DNA of 64,000 nt, taken from NCBI GenBank assembly GCA_021818925.1, contig JAKASU010000001.1:1478-65477 (forward strand), in the 5' to 3' direction. Made by a program: the position numbers and the translations under genes. Shown one piece after another: positions 8,559 through 16,858 of the stretch. Source of the DNA: Candidatus Micrarchaeota archaeon. Its GTDB lineage: Archaea > Micrarchaeota > Micrarchaeia > Micrarchaeales > CABMGC01. Positions within the stretch are counted from its first letter, which is position 1. Each line of letters begins with the position of its first letter. The notes beneath the pieces are model-generated. The model did not search any database. It was not told where the DNA came from and worked only from the letters and a program-made list of their open reading frames with translations.

Positions 8559-8588
8559 TTAGAATGATCATAGTATGTGTGTGATAAA

Positions 8589-8771
8589 ATGGCAAAAAAA
8601 TACAGCTTTGCATGCAAGGACATAGGAATGAGTTGCGGCTTCAGGACAAACGCCGCAAGCGAGAACGAGCTGATGGGAAAGATCGCGGAGCACGCCAAGG
8701 CAGCGCACAACATGGCTAGCATAGATGCAGCCACTATGTCAAAGGTAAAGGCTGCTGTAAAGACGGAATAG
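8589..8771 (+). CDS. DUF1059 small protein
   Basis: The sequence MAKKYSFACKDIGMSCGF..ELMGKIAEHAKAAHNM matches the DUF1059 pattern. I prefer ATG 8589 over the track GTG 8577. Confidence 0.7.
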   Translation: MAKKYSFACKDIGMSCGFRTNAASENELMGKIAEHAKAAHNMASIDAATMSKVKAAVKTE

Positions 8772-8942
8772 ATGCCAAACATCAAGGACATCAACGCCGC
8801 AGACTGGAGATGACTAAGCTGGCCGTTGTCATGAAGAAGTGATGGCGGTACAATTTTTGCAGCACTCCAGTCACAATAACCGCCGCCACAGTCCGGGGAA
8901 AGTAATAAGTATATTTTTTTCCCATCGTGATGTGGCGACCAG

Positions 8943-9890
8943 GTGGCTATCTCATTGGGTGAATATAACATTGCCCTTGACTCAAGAGATGATGAGGCAA
9001 ATGTTAGCTTCGTCTCTCATGCTCATACGGACCACATCGCCGGCCTGAAAAAGAATAGGAAAGCGCTAGCGAGCGAGATAACGAAGGACATCGTTGAAAG
9101 CAGGAGCAACCTGAACATGGAGCTCATAGAGGAGCCGGAGTGTGTCGAGCTGCTCAACGCCGGACACATGCTCGGCTCAAGGCAGCTCTTCGTGCAGAAC
9201 GACCTCTACGGCTATTCAGTGCTCTACAGCGGCGACTACCAGATGGACGAGCCGGTGCTCGCAGAGAAGCTCGAGACTAGGAAGGCCGATGTGCTCATTG
9301 TAGATTCAACGTACCCGTATCCTGAAGTGAAGTTCGATGACAAGAGCGAGGTCATAGACTCGATACAGTTCTATGCCAGGAAGAAGACAGAGAGAGGGCA
9401 CGTGGTCTTCGGAGCGTATACTGTTGGCAGGGCGCAAGAGCTTGTCAAGATACTCAACGAAGCGGGCATGGTGCCTGCAGTGGACGAGAAAATAGCGATG
9501 GTGAACGAGGTGTACAAAAAACACGGCGCGCGGCTTGAGTATCTGCCGCTGGGAGAGCCTGAGAGCAATCCAATAGTGATTGTCGGGCAATCAAAGCTGG
9601 AGGCCACGCGCGATGCGATAAGGGCAAAGAGCGTGAAGAGGGTGTACACGGCCGTGGCTTCCGGCTGGTCCAAGATATTTAGGTTCAACACAGACGTGCA
9701 GTTCAACCTCAGCGACCACGCCGATTTTCCTCAGGCACTGGAGTACATCAACGCATGCAGCCCCAAGATAGTCTTCACGTTCGGCTCCAGTTCGAGGCTC
9801 TTCGCGAAGCACCTTGCAATGCGTGGCTACGATGCGCGGCCGCTCACCAACACCTCCGAGGTCAACGCGCTCATGCTAAATTATATCTAG
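8943..9890 (+). CDS. MBL-fold / short beta-CASP exonuclease (ligase-associated DNA-damage-response exonuclease-like)
   Basis: Motifs are VSHAHTDHIAG, AGHMLGS, SGDYQ, VDSTYPYP, YTVGRAQE, ASGW and LSDHADF. The order and spacing match the roughly 330-aa MBL exonuclease family. The start is GTG. Confidence 0.7.
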   Translation: MAISLGEYNIALDSRDDEANVSFVSHAHTDHIAGLKKNRKALASEITKDIVESRSNLNMELIEEPECVELLNAGHMLGSRQLFVQNDLYGYSVLYSGDYQMDEPVLAEKLETRKADVLIVDSTYPYPEVKFDDKSEVIDSIQFYARKKTERGHVVFGAYTVGRAQELVKILNEAGMVPAVDEKIAMVNEVYKKHGARLEYLPLGEPESNPIVIVGQSKLEATRDAIRAKSVKRVYTAVASGWSKIFRFNTDVQFNLSDHADFPQALEYINACSPKIVFTFGSSSRLFAKHLAMRGYDARPLTNTSEVNALMLNYI

Positions 9891-9910
9891 TTTTAGATGC
9901 GAATAGCATC

Positions 9911-10969
9911 ATGCACTCTGCGACGGTGCTGCCGCTTCACGGCGGCCGTGCTCCGAAGTGGCTCTTCGGAAGAATGGTCAGGCTCGGTGAGCGCATCTCC
10001 AACGTGATAATCGACGAGTTCGGGCCCGACGAGCTGCTCAGGAGGCTGAGCGACAAGGACTGGTTCCAGGCCCTGGCGTGCGCCATCGGGTATGACTGGC
10101 ACAGCAGCGGCACTACCACGGTCACGATAGGCGCGCTCAAGGAGGCGCTCAACGATGGCGGCGAGATCTTCATAGCGGGAGGCAAGGGCAGGGCTGGCAA
10201 CAACACTCCGAGCGACATAATGGAAGGCACTGCAAGGCTTTCCATGTCAGGAAACGCGGACAGATTCGTAGAACTGAGCAGGCTCTCGGCAAAAATCGAC
10301 TCTGGAATGGTTTACGATAACATAGGCATATACCACCACTCCTTCCTCTTCTCAAGGAGCGGAAAGTGGGTCGTGGTGCAGCAGGCGATGCAGCGCGAGG
10401 GCAACAAGGCCATACGTTTCCAGTGGTTCAGCGACCTGGTTGACGAGAAGGACATAGCGAACGAGCCCCACAGCGGGATAGGCACGAGCATGCGACAGAA
10501 GACCCTCGACCTCACATCCAAAGAGAACAAGTTTGTGCGGGAGGAGATGCCCACCGCTCTTGAGGAATATAGGAAAGTCATCTCCGGCAACTATCCCGAC
10601 AGGCACGGCATCATACCGCAGATAGACATAAGCAGGCAGGGCGTCGATGCAATAAGAAGGGCGAGCGAGATTGACCCCAATGACTACAGGGATCTGTTGC
10701 TCGTGAAAGGCTTCGGGAGGTCGAGCATAAGGTCTCTGGCTTTCGTCGCGAGCCTGATCTACGGCAAGGAGCTCGCATACCGCGACCCAGTCGCGTACGC
10801 ATACAACGTCGGGGGCAAGGACGGCATACCCTTCCCCGTCAACAGGAACACGTACGACTCAGTGATAAAAGGAATGGATTATATAGTTGACAAGGCAAAT
10901 ATCGAGCGGGGGGATAAGTACAGAATATTGAAAAGGCTTGACGCTTATCTCAACCACAGCTACGCGTGA
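9911..10969 (+). CDS. DUF763 protein with a C-terminal helix-hairpin-helix-like motif
   Basis: The sequence LPLHGGRAPKWLFGRM..WFQALACAIGYDWHSSGTTT is typical of DUF763, and LLLVKGFGRSSIRSLA is HhH-like. ATG 9911 is chosen; the track start 9755 overlaps the previous gene. Confidence 0.7.
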   Translation: MHSATVLPLHGGRAPKWLFGRMVRLGERISNVIIDEFGPDELLRRLSDKDWFQALACAIGYDWHSSGTTTVTIGALKEALNDGGEIFIAGGKGRAGNNTPSDIMEGTARLSMSGNADRFVELSRLSAKIDSGMVYDNIGIYHHSFLFSRSGKWVVVQQAMQREGNKAIRFQWFSDLVDEKDIANEPHSGIGTSMRQKTLDLTSKENKFVREEMPTALEEYRKVISGNYPDRHGIIPQIDISRQGVDAIRRASEIDPNDYRDLLLVKGFGRSSIRSLAFVASLIYGKELAYRDPVAYAYNVGGKDGIPFPVNRNTYDSVIKGMDYIVDKANIERGDKYRILKRLDAYLNHSYA

Positions 10970-10973
10970 GTGA

Positions 10974-11978
10974 ATGGTAAACGAGGAAGGGGAGGAGAAC
11001 AAGACCTACAGGTACATAATACTCCTGCTCGGATTCGCGTCGCTGGTCATGGCAGCCGCATCCGTGTACCTGATGGAGATACTAGGCATAAACTACGGAG
11101 CAGGCCTTGCGTTCCTTAGCCTGGCCAACAGGACCAACGTCGCCTCTTCAAACGTCACGCAGGTCGCCGCTGCGGTTGGGAACCTCCACAGCGCCATAAG
11201 CGAGGCCTACCTTGTCGCCATAATAGCCTTCGGCTTGATAGCGTCAGCGCTCGTCCTCTACATAAGCAGGTACAGGCGCTTCGGCGCCATGAGCAGGAGA
11301 TATACGCTTCTGCACGGCACCCTCACGCTAATCTACATAGCAATCTTCTATCTCGTGCTCTCCAACCTGCAGATAAACTACACAAGCTTTTACTTCCTTT
11401 TCGTGTTTTCAGCCATCGCCGCTGCGTTGATAATAGACGTTTACCTCCAGCTCAAGATAAGCATCAGGGGAGAGGAACCAGCGAAGGTCAGGAGCGACAT
11501 GCGCATAGTGCCTGGCTCTCCGTACACCAACCTGCTCAACCTCCGCGACACAATCTTCTCGAAGCTGACCGGCGACGTGCGCATAGTCGACAAGCACTTC
11601 AACTCCGATGCAATCTCCAACCTGCACAGGCTCCTCGAGACGAACTTCGCCAACATAAGGAAGCTTGAGATAATCTCTTCGAAGGAGATGTTCGACGCGA
11701 AGTTCAACGACAACTACACAGACTTCAAGAACGAGCTGAGGAACAAGGGCGTAGAGTTGAACTTCCTGCTGATGAGCGACGCGGACAGCGTAGAGCAGCA
11801 CGAGCGCTTCATCTTTGACGACAACAGGGCGTACAAGATACCGCCGCTGAACATAATCAACAAGAAGAGCGAGCACATAGTTGGGCTGCGGGTGGGCGAG
11901 GCGAGGAGCCGGTTCGATGCCTTGATGAGGAACGCCACGAAGTATGACAACTTTGTCGTGAAGCAGGCCAGGGGGTGA
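10974..11978 (+). CDS. Polytopic membrane protein with a cytoplasmic MIT_C/PLD-like C-terminal domain (tentative)
   Basis: The N-terminal half has about 4 hydrophobic helices. The C-terminal half reads VRIVDKHF..NLHRLLE..IRKLEIISS..LRNKGVELNFLL..QHERFIFDDNRAYKI. By eye this aligns to the MITD1 C-terminal PLD-like domain (..[36 protein letters not shown]). Confidence 0.45.
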   Translation: MVNEEGEENKTYRYIILLLGFASLVMAAASVYLMEILGINYGAGLAFLSLANRTNVASSNVTQVAAAVGNLHSAISEAYLVAIIAFGLIASALVLYISRYRRFGAMSRRYTLLHGTLTLIYIAIFYLVLSNLQINYTSFYFLFVFSAIAAALIIDVYLQLKISIRGEEPAKVRSDMRIVPGSPYTNLLNLRDTIFSKLTGDVRIVDKHFNSDAISNLHRLLETNFANIRKLEIISSKEMFDAKFNDNYTDFKNELRNKGVELNFLLMSDADSVEQHERFIFDDNRAYKIPPLNIINKKSEHIVGLRVGEARSRFDALMRNATKYDNFVVKQARG

Positions 11979-11980
11979 GC

Positions 11981-12559
11981 ATGAGGAAGATCTATCTATT
12001 CATGATGGTTAGCCTTGACGGCTACTTTGAAGGACCAAACCACGACCTCTCATGGCACAACGTGGATGACGAGTTCAACAGGTTTGCGCTTGAGCAGCTG
12101 AAGGATGCGGACCTGTTCCTTTACGGAAGAAGGATGTATCAGCTCATGGAAGGTTTCTGGCCGAAGGCCGAAGAAGACACCAGCATGTCAAAGGAAAATC
12201 TCGAGATTGCTAGGCTGATAAATAACACGGACAAAATCGTGTTTTCTAAGACGCTAAAGAAAGTCAGCGAGAGCAAGAACTGGAAGAACGTCAGGCTGGT
12301 CCGCGATTTTGATTCTAAAGAGATAACACGCTTAAAAAAGCAACCCGGCAAGGGGATATGGGTCGGAGGATCCGACCTGGCAGTGTCCTTTGCAAAAGCG
12401 GGCCTGATTGATGAGTTCAGGCTTATGGTGAACCCGGTTTTTGTTGGAGCAGGTCGCACGCTGCTTGACGGCTATGAGAACAGGCTCAAACTGCGGTTAA
12501 TCGGAACAAGGAGCTTCAAGTCAGGCAATGTCCTGCTGACCTACGTGCCTCAAAAATAG
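11981..12559 (+). CDS. Dihydrofolate reductase-like (RibD C-terminal domain) family protein
   Basis: The sequence MRKIYLFMMVSLDGYFEGPN..LFLYGRRMY..VGGSDLA is the RibD_C pattern. The ATG lies 3 nt after the upstream stop. Confidence 0.75.
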   Translation: MRKIYLFMMVSLDGYFEGPNHDLSWHNVDDEFNRFALEQLKDADLFLYGRRMYQLMEGFWPKAEEDTSMSKENLEIARLINNTDKIVFSKTLKKVSESKNWKNVRLVRDFDSKEITRLKKQPGKGIWVGGSDLAVSFAKAGLIDEFRLMVNPVFVGAGRTLLDGYENRLKLRLIGTRSFKSGNVLLTYVPQK

Positions 12560-12563
12560 AGTC

Positions 12564-13013
12564 TCATGCCTTTGGCTTTCTGCCAGGCGGCTTGGGAACC
12601 TTCAGCCCTGGGAACGCCTTCTGCAGTATCTCTGGATTCACGTCAAAATCGAACATCAGACCCTGCACCGTCTTCCTTAAAAGATAAGTTGAGGCAATCT
12701 CGGCAAGCTCCGGCCTGCCTCCAGTTGAGCCGTTCACTACTTCCTTTACATCGCTGCCGCTGAGTTTCTGAATTACCTCAGCAAGAGACCCATAGCTCTT
12801 TCTCTTGCCGCTGACAAGCTGGGCCGCGTAAGCATCGAGCTTTGCCAGATCTATCCCAAGGAGTTCGAATGACTTCTTGTCCACGCTCTGCCTTATGCTT
12901 GACAGTTGCAAGACGATCTCCTCCGGCGCCGTCTTCTCGTCTATGTGGATCTTCTTTACAGCCAGCCAGTTCTTGTACCTGGCAAGAAACTCTATCGAGT
13001 CGCCTTCAGGCAT
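12564..13013 (-). CDS. Hypothetical protein with a basic AT-hook-like tail
   Basis: The ORF is clean with codon usage like its neighbours. The C-terminus is KVPKPPGRKPKA. I recognise no family. Confidence 0.5.
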   Translation of the reverse strand: MPEGDSIEFLARYKNWLAVKKIHIDEKTAPEEIVLQLSSIRQSVDKKSFELLGIDLAKLDAYAAQLVSGKRKSYGSLAEVIQKLSGSDVKEVVNGSTGGRPELAEIASTYLLRKTVQGLMFDFDVNPEILQKAFPGLKVPKPPGRKPKA

Positions 13014-13022
13014 CGAAACAAC

Positions 13023-13253
13023 CTACGCCTGCACTTGCTGCTGTATCAGGTAGTAGCCGGAGGCCTTCTCTCTCACGACCCTCTTCACCACGCCCTTGTT
13101 GGCCAGCATGATGAGCGCGTTGGTCACCATGCTCTTCGGCCTGTTGGTCTTCTTCGTTATGTCGTCAGCAGTCTTCAGCCCCTGCTCCTTCGTGGCGCCA
13201 AGTTCCTTCATGGCGTTAACGATAAGCTGCTCTATCGGGTTCAACTCAACCAT
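13023..13253 (-). CDS. Small winged-helix DNA-binding protein
   Basis: The sequence is 76 aa and reads ..LKTADDITKKTNRPKSMVTNALIMLANKGVVKRV.., which is wHTH-like. Confidence 0.55.
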   Translation of the reverse strand: MVELNPIEQLIVNAMKELGATKEQGLKTADDITKKTNRPKSMVTNALIMLANKGVVKRVVREKASGYYLIQQQVQA

Positions 13254-13290
13254 TCAACCACTTCGTTAAGCACGCATACGCTAATAAAAC

Positions 13291-13443
13291 TTATTTCTTT
13301 ACCCTGATTTCCTTGTTCTTCGGCCTCAGGTAGATCGATCCGCACTTCCTGCACTTCTCGCTGCCCGCTCTGCTCCTGGCCTTGCACTTCCTGCAAATCC
13401 AGATTCGCGTCAGCGCTTCATCTGCTAGTGGAAATTTTCCCAT
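13291..13443 (-). CDS. rpl40e: 50S ribosomal protein L40e (not in the ORF track; 50 aa)
   Basis: Manual translation gives MGKFPLADEALTRIWICRKCKARSRAGSEKCRKCGSIYLRPKNKEIRVKK. It has the C-x2-C..C-x2-C zinc ribbon and the eL40 pattern. The stop TAA is at 13291-13293. Confidence 0.85.
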   Translation of the reverse strand: MGKFPLADEALTRIWICRKCKARSRAGSEKCRKCGSIYLRPKNKEIRVKK

Positions 13444-13506
13444 CGGTTTGCACCAAAATGAGTGATAACAATTGGCTATTAAGGTATAATAAGTATGCGC
13501 ATGTGT

Positions 13507-16359
13507 TCATTCCAGCTCTATGTCAAGGCTCGGCTTCATCGGCATCGCCCTGCCGGCGCGCGGCGACTTTGATTTCTGCTCCATCTCCACCGAAACATCG
13601 CACTCGAGCTGCTTAGATATGTATGCCGCTGCCTCCTCCACCCCATCGAACTCTTCGAGCTGGGTCGTGCTCACCGGAGTTATCTCGTTGATCCTCTTGG
13701 CGAGCGCACCGGCCAGCTTTCCGGCAAGCTCCATGTCCACGCCCTCCTCGCCCCTGAGGCTCTCCAGCGCCTTTCCAACGTCCTTCTTACTTACAAGCGC
13801 AGCGACAAGTTTCCTCTTCCAGTCAGACGCGACTATCACGTGCAGCCTCCTTGCCTTCTTTCCAGCCTTCTTGCGCATGAGCGCCATCACCTGCTTCGCG
13901 TCCTCCACCGTGCTGTCAACCAGCTCCTCCTCCTTCTCCACCTTCTCGTTGCGCATCTCTCCGCTTTCAGCAGGCCACTTCTCCTTGGATACGAACGTCG
14001 TGTTGCCCAGCGTGTGCCACATCTCCTCCGCGACGTGAGGCGCCACGGGCTGCAGCATGAGCACAACGCTCGACAGGAAGTCCTTGACAGCTATGCCGTT
14101 GTGTCCGCCCCTGGCGAGGTACCTCCTCAGCTCCAGGACGGAGTCATAGAGTATGTTCGTGTACGCTGACCTCAGCTCAAGCGCATCCATGTACCGGGTT
14201 GTGCGCTCAATCTTGTCGCTCAACTTCGAGTAGAGCCAGTAGTCGATCCTCTTCAGCTCTCCAGATTCAAACTTCTCAAGCCCGAGTATGGAGTCCTGCA
14301 GGTACTCGAGCCTTTCCTGTATTCCCCTTATGGCTTTTTCACTGTATTCAGAATCATTGAGCAGATCGGCTCCCGCTATTATGTTCAGCCTCGACGGGTC
14401 TGCTCCGTACTTCTCCACAGCGTCGATGAGTGGCACTATGTTTCCAAGGCTCTTGCTCATCTTCTCTCCCTCACTCAGCACAAATCCATTGACCGCTATC
14501 TGCTTCGGCCAGCAGTCCTTGTTGAACACCGCCACGTGGTTGTATATGTACATGGTGAGGTGGTTGTAGATAAGGTCTGGACCCGAATGCCTGGAGGTGT
14601 ACCTGTACCAGTACTCGAACGACTCCTTGCACCTCTTGACCAGCGAATAGTCGATTCCAGTGGACTTCGCCACCGCATCTGCGTCTCCGATGTTCCTGAA
14701 TACAAAATCGAAGAACTCCGGCTTGAGCTTCTCCGGAGGCACGTCACGCACAAGGTTGGATATGGTGTAGAACGACATGTATATCGTAGAGTCCGAAAGA
14801 CTCTCGATTATCTTGGTGCTGTCCAGCGGGAACCTTGTGCCAAGGCCCTGCGCCCTCGCCACAGCGCGCAGGTCTATCCAGTCTACCGCCGCGTCGAAAG
14901 CATTCCTGGTCTTCTCCGGATAGAGATGCATGCCTTTTAGTACATCCTTTGTTGCTGTCTTCCATGCCTTGTCACCGTAATTTATGAACCACTGGTTTTC
15001 AACAACCTTGACCACGACTTCGTAGCCGCACCTGCAGTACACGGGCGCGTTCTGTAGCACGTACATCTTGAAGGCATCGCCCTTTCCAGTGAGTTCTCCT
15101 GTGACTTTCTCCCTTGCCTCAGGCTCGCTCATGCCCTCGTATCCCCGCACGGTCATCTTGCCCCAGTGCGATTCCTCCCTGTATTCTAGCTTGGTCGCGG
15201 ACTCTAGCATATCGTCTATCGCATCGATGCTTGTGTGCAGCATCTCAAGATACGCGAACGCTGGTATGTCCATCTGGCTCGGTTTTGTTTCGACTACGCT
15301 CACGTCGCTAAGTGACCTTCCTATCTCAACGTCGAGCACCTTAATCGGTTTTATCTCCTGCTTCAGCCGCCCTTCCTTCCTAAGCCTTTCGAGCGCGGCA
15401 TAGTCGAACGGCGCATGTGCAGGAACGCTCATCACCGCGCCTGTGCCTACGTCTTCCTTGACAAAAAATCCCGGAAGGACCGGCAGCATGCTTCCATTCA
15501 CTGGATTCACGCACGTTTTTGAGAGCAGCTTGTCCGCACCCACCTCTTCCAGAACCTCCACATTCATCTGGTACTTTAGTATTCCAGCGCTGGCCTTTGA
15601 TATGTAATATCGTTTGTCGTCGTCGCCTATCCTGCAGGCTACATAAGTGCTTTTCTCGCTTACGAAAAGGTTAGTTACGCCGAAGATTGTCTCCGGGCGG
15701 TACGTGGTGCAGAGTATGTATGCTTCCTCTCCGTCGACCTTGAACTTCACCACAATCTCTTCCTCTATCTCAGGTTCGACGTCGTGTTTTGTATCATGCA
15801 TGCCGACCGCGTTGTTCTCGTTCGGGCACCAGCCGACAGGGTGCTTGCCTTTGGTAAGGAAACCTTTGCTGTTCAGTATTCCGAACTGCCACTCGACAAG
15901 CTTGCTGAATGTAGGATCTATAGAAGTAAAGCTCCTTCGCATGTCCATACCGAACCCTGCCCTTTGATAGAGCTGGCCGCTCTCCTTGATGAAGTAGTTT
16001 GCAATGTACGCCGGGTTGGTCATCTTCTTTATCTCTTCCTCAGGAACATGGAAGACTTTGAGCTCGTCCACTATGTCCTGGTCTCCGTTCTTTATGCGCT
16101 TAGCGAACGCAAGGACTGGGGTCCCGGTAGCGTGGAAACCCATAGGGTAGAGCACGTTGAAGCCTCGCATCCTTTTGTACCTGGCAAGCGCGTCTGCCGT
16201 TCCGAATGTACGTAGGTGGCCTATATGGAGAGGCGTGTTTACGTATGGCCACGCAGCAGTGACGAGGTACGGTTCCTTGTCGTTCACCTCACCCTCAAAG
16301 ATATGTGCGTCGCTCCACTCTTTCTGCCATTTTGCCTCTATCTCCTTGTAGTCTATCAT
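13507..16359 (-). CDS. leuS: Leucine--tRNA ligase (archaeal type)
   Basis: The HIGH motif is PLHIGHLRT and the KMSKS motif is EKMSKSLGN. The protein is 950 aa. Confidence 0.95.
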   Translation of the reverse strand: MIDYKEIEAKWQKEWSDAHIFEGEVNDKEPYLVTAAWPYVNTPLHIGHLRTFGTADALARYKRMRGFNVLYPMGFHATGTPVLAFAKRIKNGDQDIVDELKVFHVPEEEIKKMTNPAYIANYFIKESGQLYQRAGFGMDMRRSFTSIDPTFSKLVEWQFGILNSKGFLTKGKHPVGWCPNENNAVGMHDTKHDVEPEIEEEIVVKFKVDGEEAYILCTTYRPETIFGVTNLFVSEKSTYVACRIGDDDKRYYISKASAGILKYQMNVEVLEEVGADKLLSKTCVNPVNGSMLPVLPGFFVKEDVGTGAVMSVPAHAPFDYAALERLRKEGRLKQEIKPIKVLDVEIGRSLSDVSVVETKPSQMDIPAFAYLEMLHTSIDAIDDMLESATKLEYREESHWGKMTVRGYEGMSEPEAREKVTGELTGKGDAFKMYVLQNAPVYCRCGYEVVVKVVENQWFINYGDKAWKTATKDVLKGMHLYPEKTRNAFDAAVDWIDLRAVARAQGLGTRFPLDSTKIIESLSDSTIYMSFYTISNLVRDVPPEKLKPEFFDFVFRNIGDADAVAKSTGIDYSLVKRCKESFEYWYRYTSRHSGPDLIYNHLTMYIYNHVAVFNKDCWPKQIAVNGFVLSEGEKMSKSLGNIVPLIDAVEKYGADPSRLNIIAGADLLNDSEYSEKAIRGIQERLEYLQDSILGLEKFESGELKRIDYWLYSKLSDKIERTTRYMDALELRSAYTNILYDSVLELRRYLARGGHNGIAVKDFLSSVVLMLQPVAPHVAEEMWHTLGNTTFVSKEKWPAESGEMRNEKVEKEEELVDSTVEDAKQVMALMRKKAGKKARRLHVIVASDWKRKLVAALVSKKDVGKALESLRGEEGVDMELAGKLAGALAKRINEITPVSTTQLEEFDGVEEAAAYISKQLECDVSVEMEQKSKSPRAGRAMPMKPSLDIELE

Positions 16360-16387
16360 CTAAGCACAACGAGCACTCATTATTCTC

Positions 16388-16416
16388 AGATAACATTATT
16401 AGCGCTACTGTTATCT
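16388..16416. promoter_or_regulatory. Inverted repeat in the leuS / padR divergent intergenic region
   Basis: The arms are agataaca (16388-16395) and tgttatct (16409-16416), a perfect 8 bp with a 13-nt spacer. Confidence 0.25.
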
Positions 16417-16489
16417 CAAAACTGCAAATTAGCCGCGCTAACGGGCCAAATGGTAAGTATTTAATAATAGTTCAATTCTAAACTATCCT

Positions 16490-16858
16490 GTGCAGGATCC
16501 GTCCTCGTTCAAGCAGTTCGGCATGATAGACAAGAAGATACTGAAGGGCATGCATACGATGATAGTGCTCACCCACATAGAGAAGAAGAGCACTTACCCG
16601 TATGCTCTCCTGAAGAGATTCAGGGCAAGCAGGCATCCCATGCTTAGTGGAATAAGCAAGAGCGAGCTCTACAACATCCTGGGGTCACTCGAGCACCAGG
16701 GTTACGTCAGGGGGAAGGTTGTGCTTGCCGGGTCGAAGGTACAAAAAGTCTACTCGATAACCCCGAAAGGCGATGACGTGGCAAAATCCTTCAGGAGGGT
16801 ATTCTTCAGTTTCATCCGCAGCGCGTCCAAGATAATAACTGGTGCTTTCTCTGAGTGA
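16490..16858 (+). CDS. PadR-family transcriptional regulator
   Basis: The sequence ..MIVLTHIEKKSTYPYALLKRF..SELYNILGSLEHQGYVRGK..KVYSITPKG is PadR-like wHTH. The start is GTG 16490 or ATG 16523. Confidence 0.7.
   Translation: MQDPSSFKQFGMIDKKILKGMHTMIVLTHIEKKSTYPYALLKRFRASRHPMLSGISKSELYNILGSLEHQGYVRGKVVLAGSKVQKVYSITPKGDDVAKSFRRVFFSFIRSASKIITGAFSE

Noticed and set aside
8552-8971. A 139-aa minus-strand ORF
   Set aside because: It is antisense to the well-recognised DUF1059 gene and spans the AT-rich promoter region. The product is low-complexity and hydrophobic with no recognisable motif.
9755-9910. Upstream extension of the DUF763 ORF
   Set aside because: It overlaps the 3' end of the MBL exonuclease gene in another frame. 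The DUF763 homology starts right after ATG 9911.
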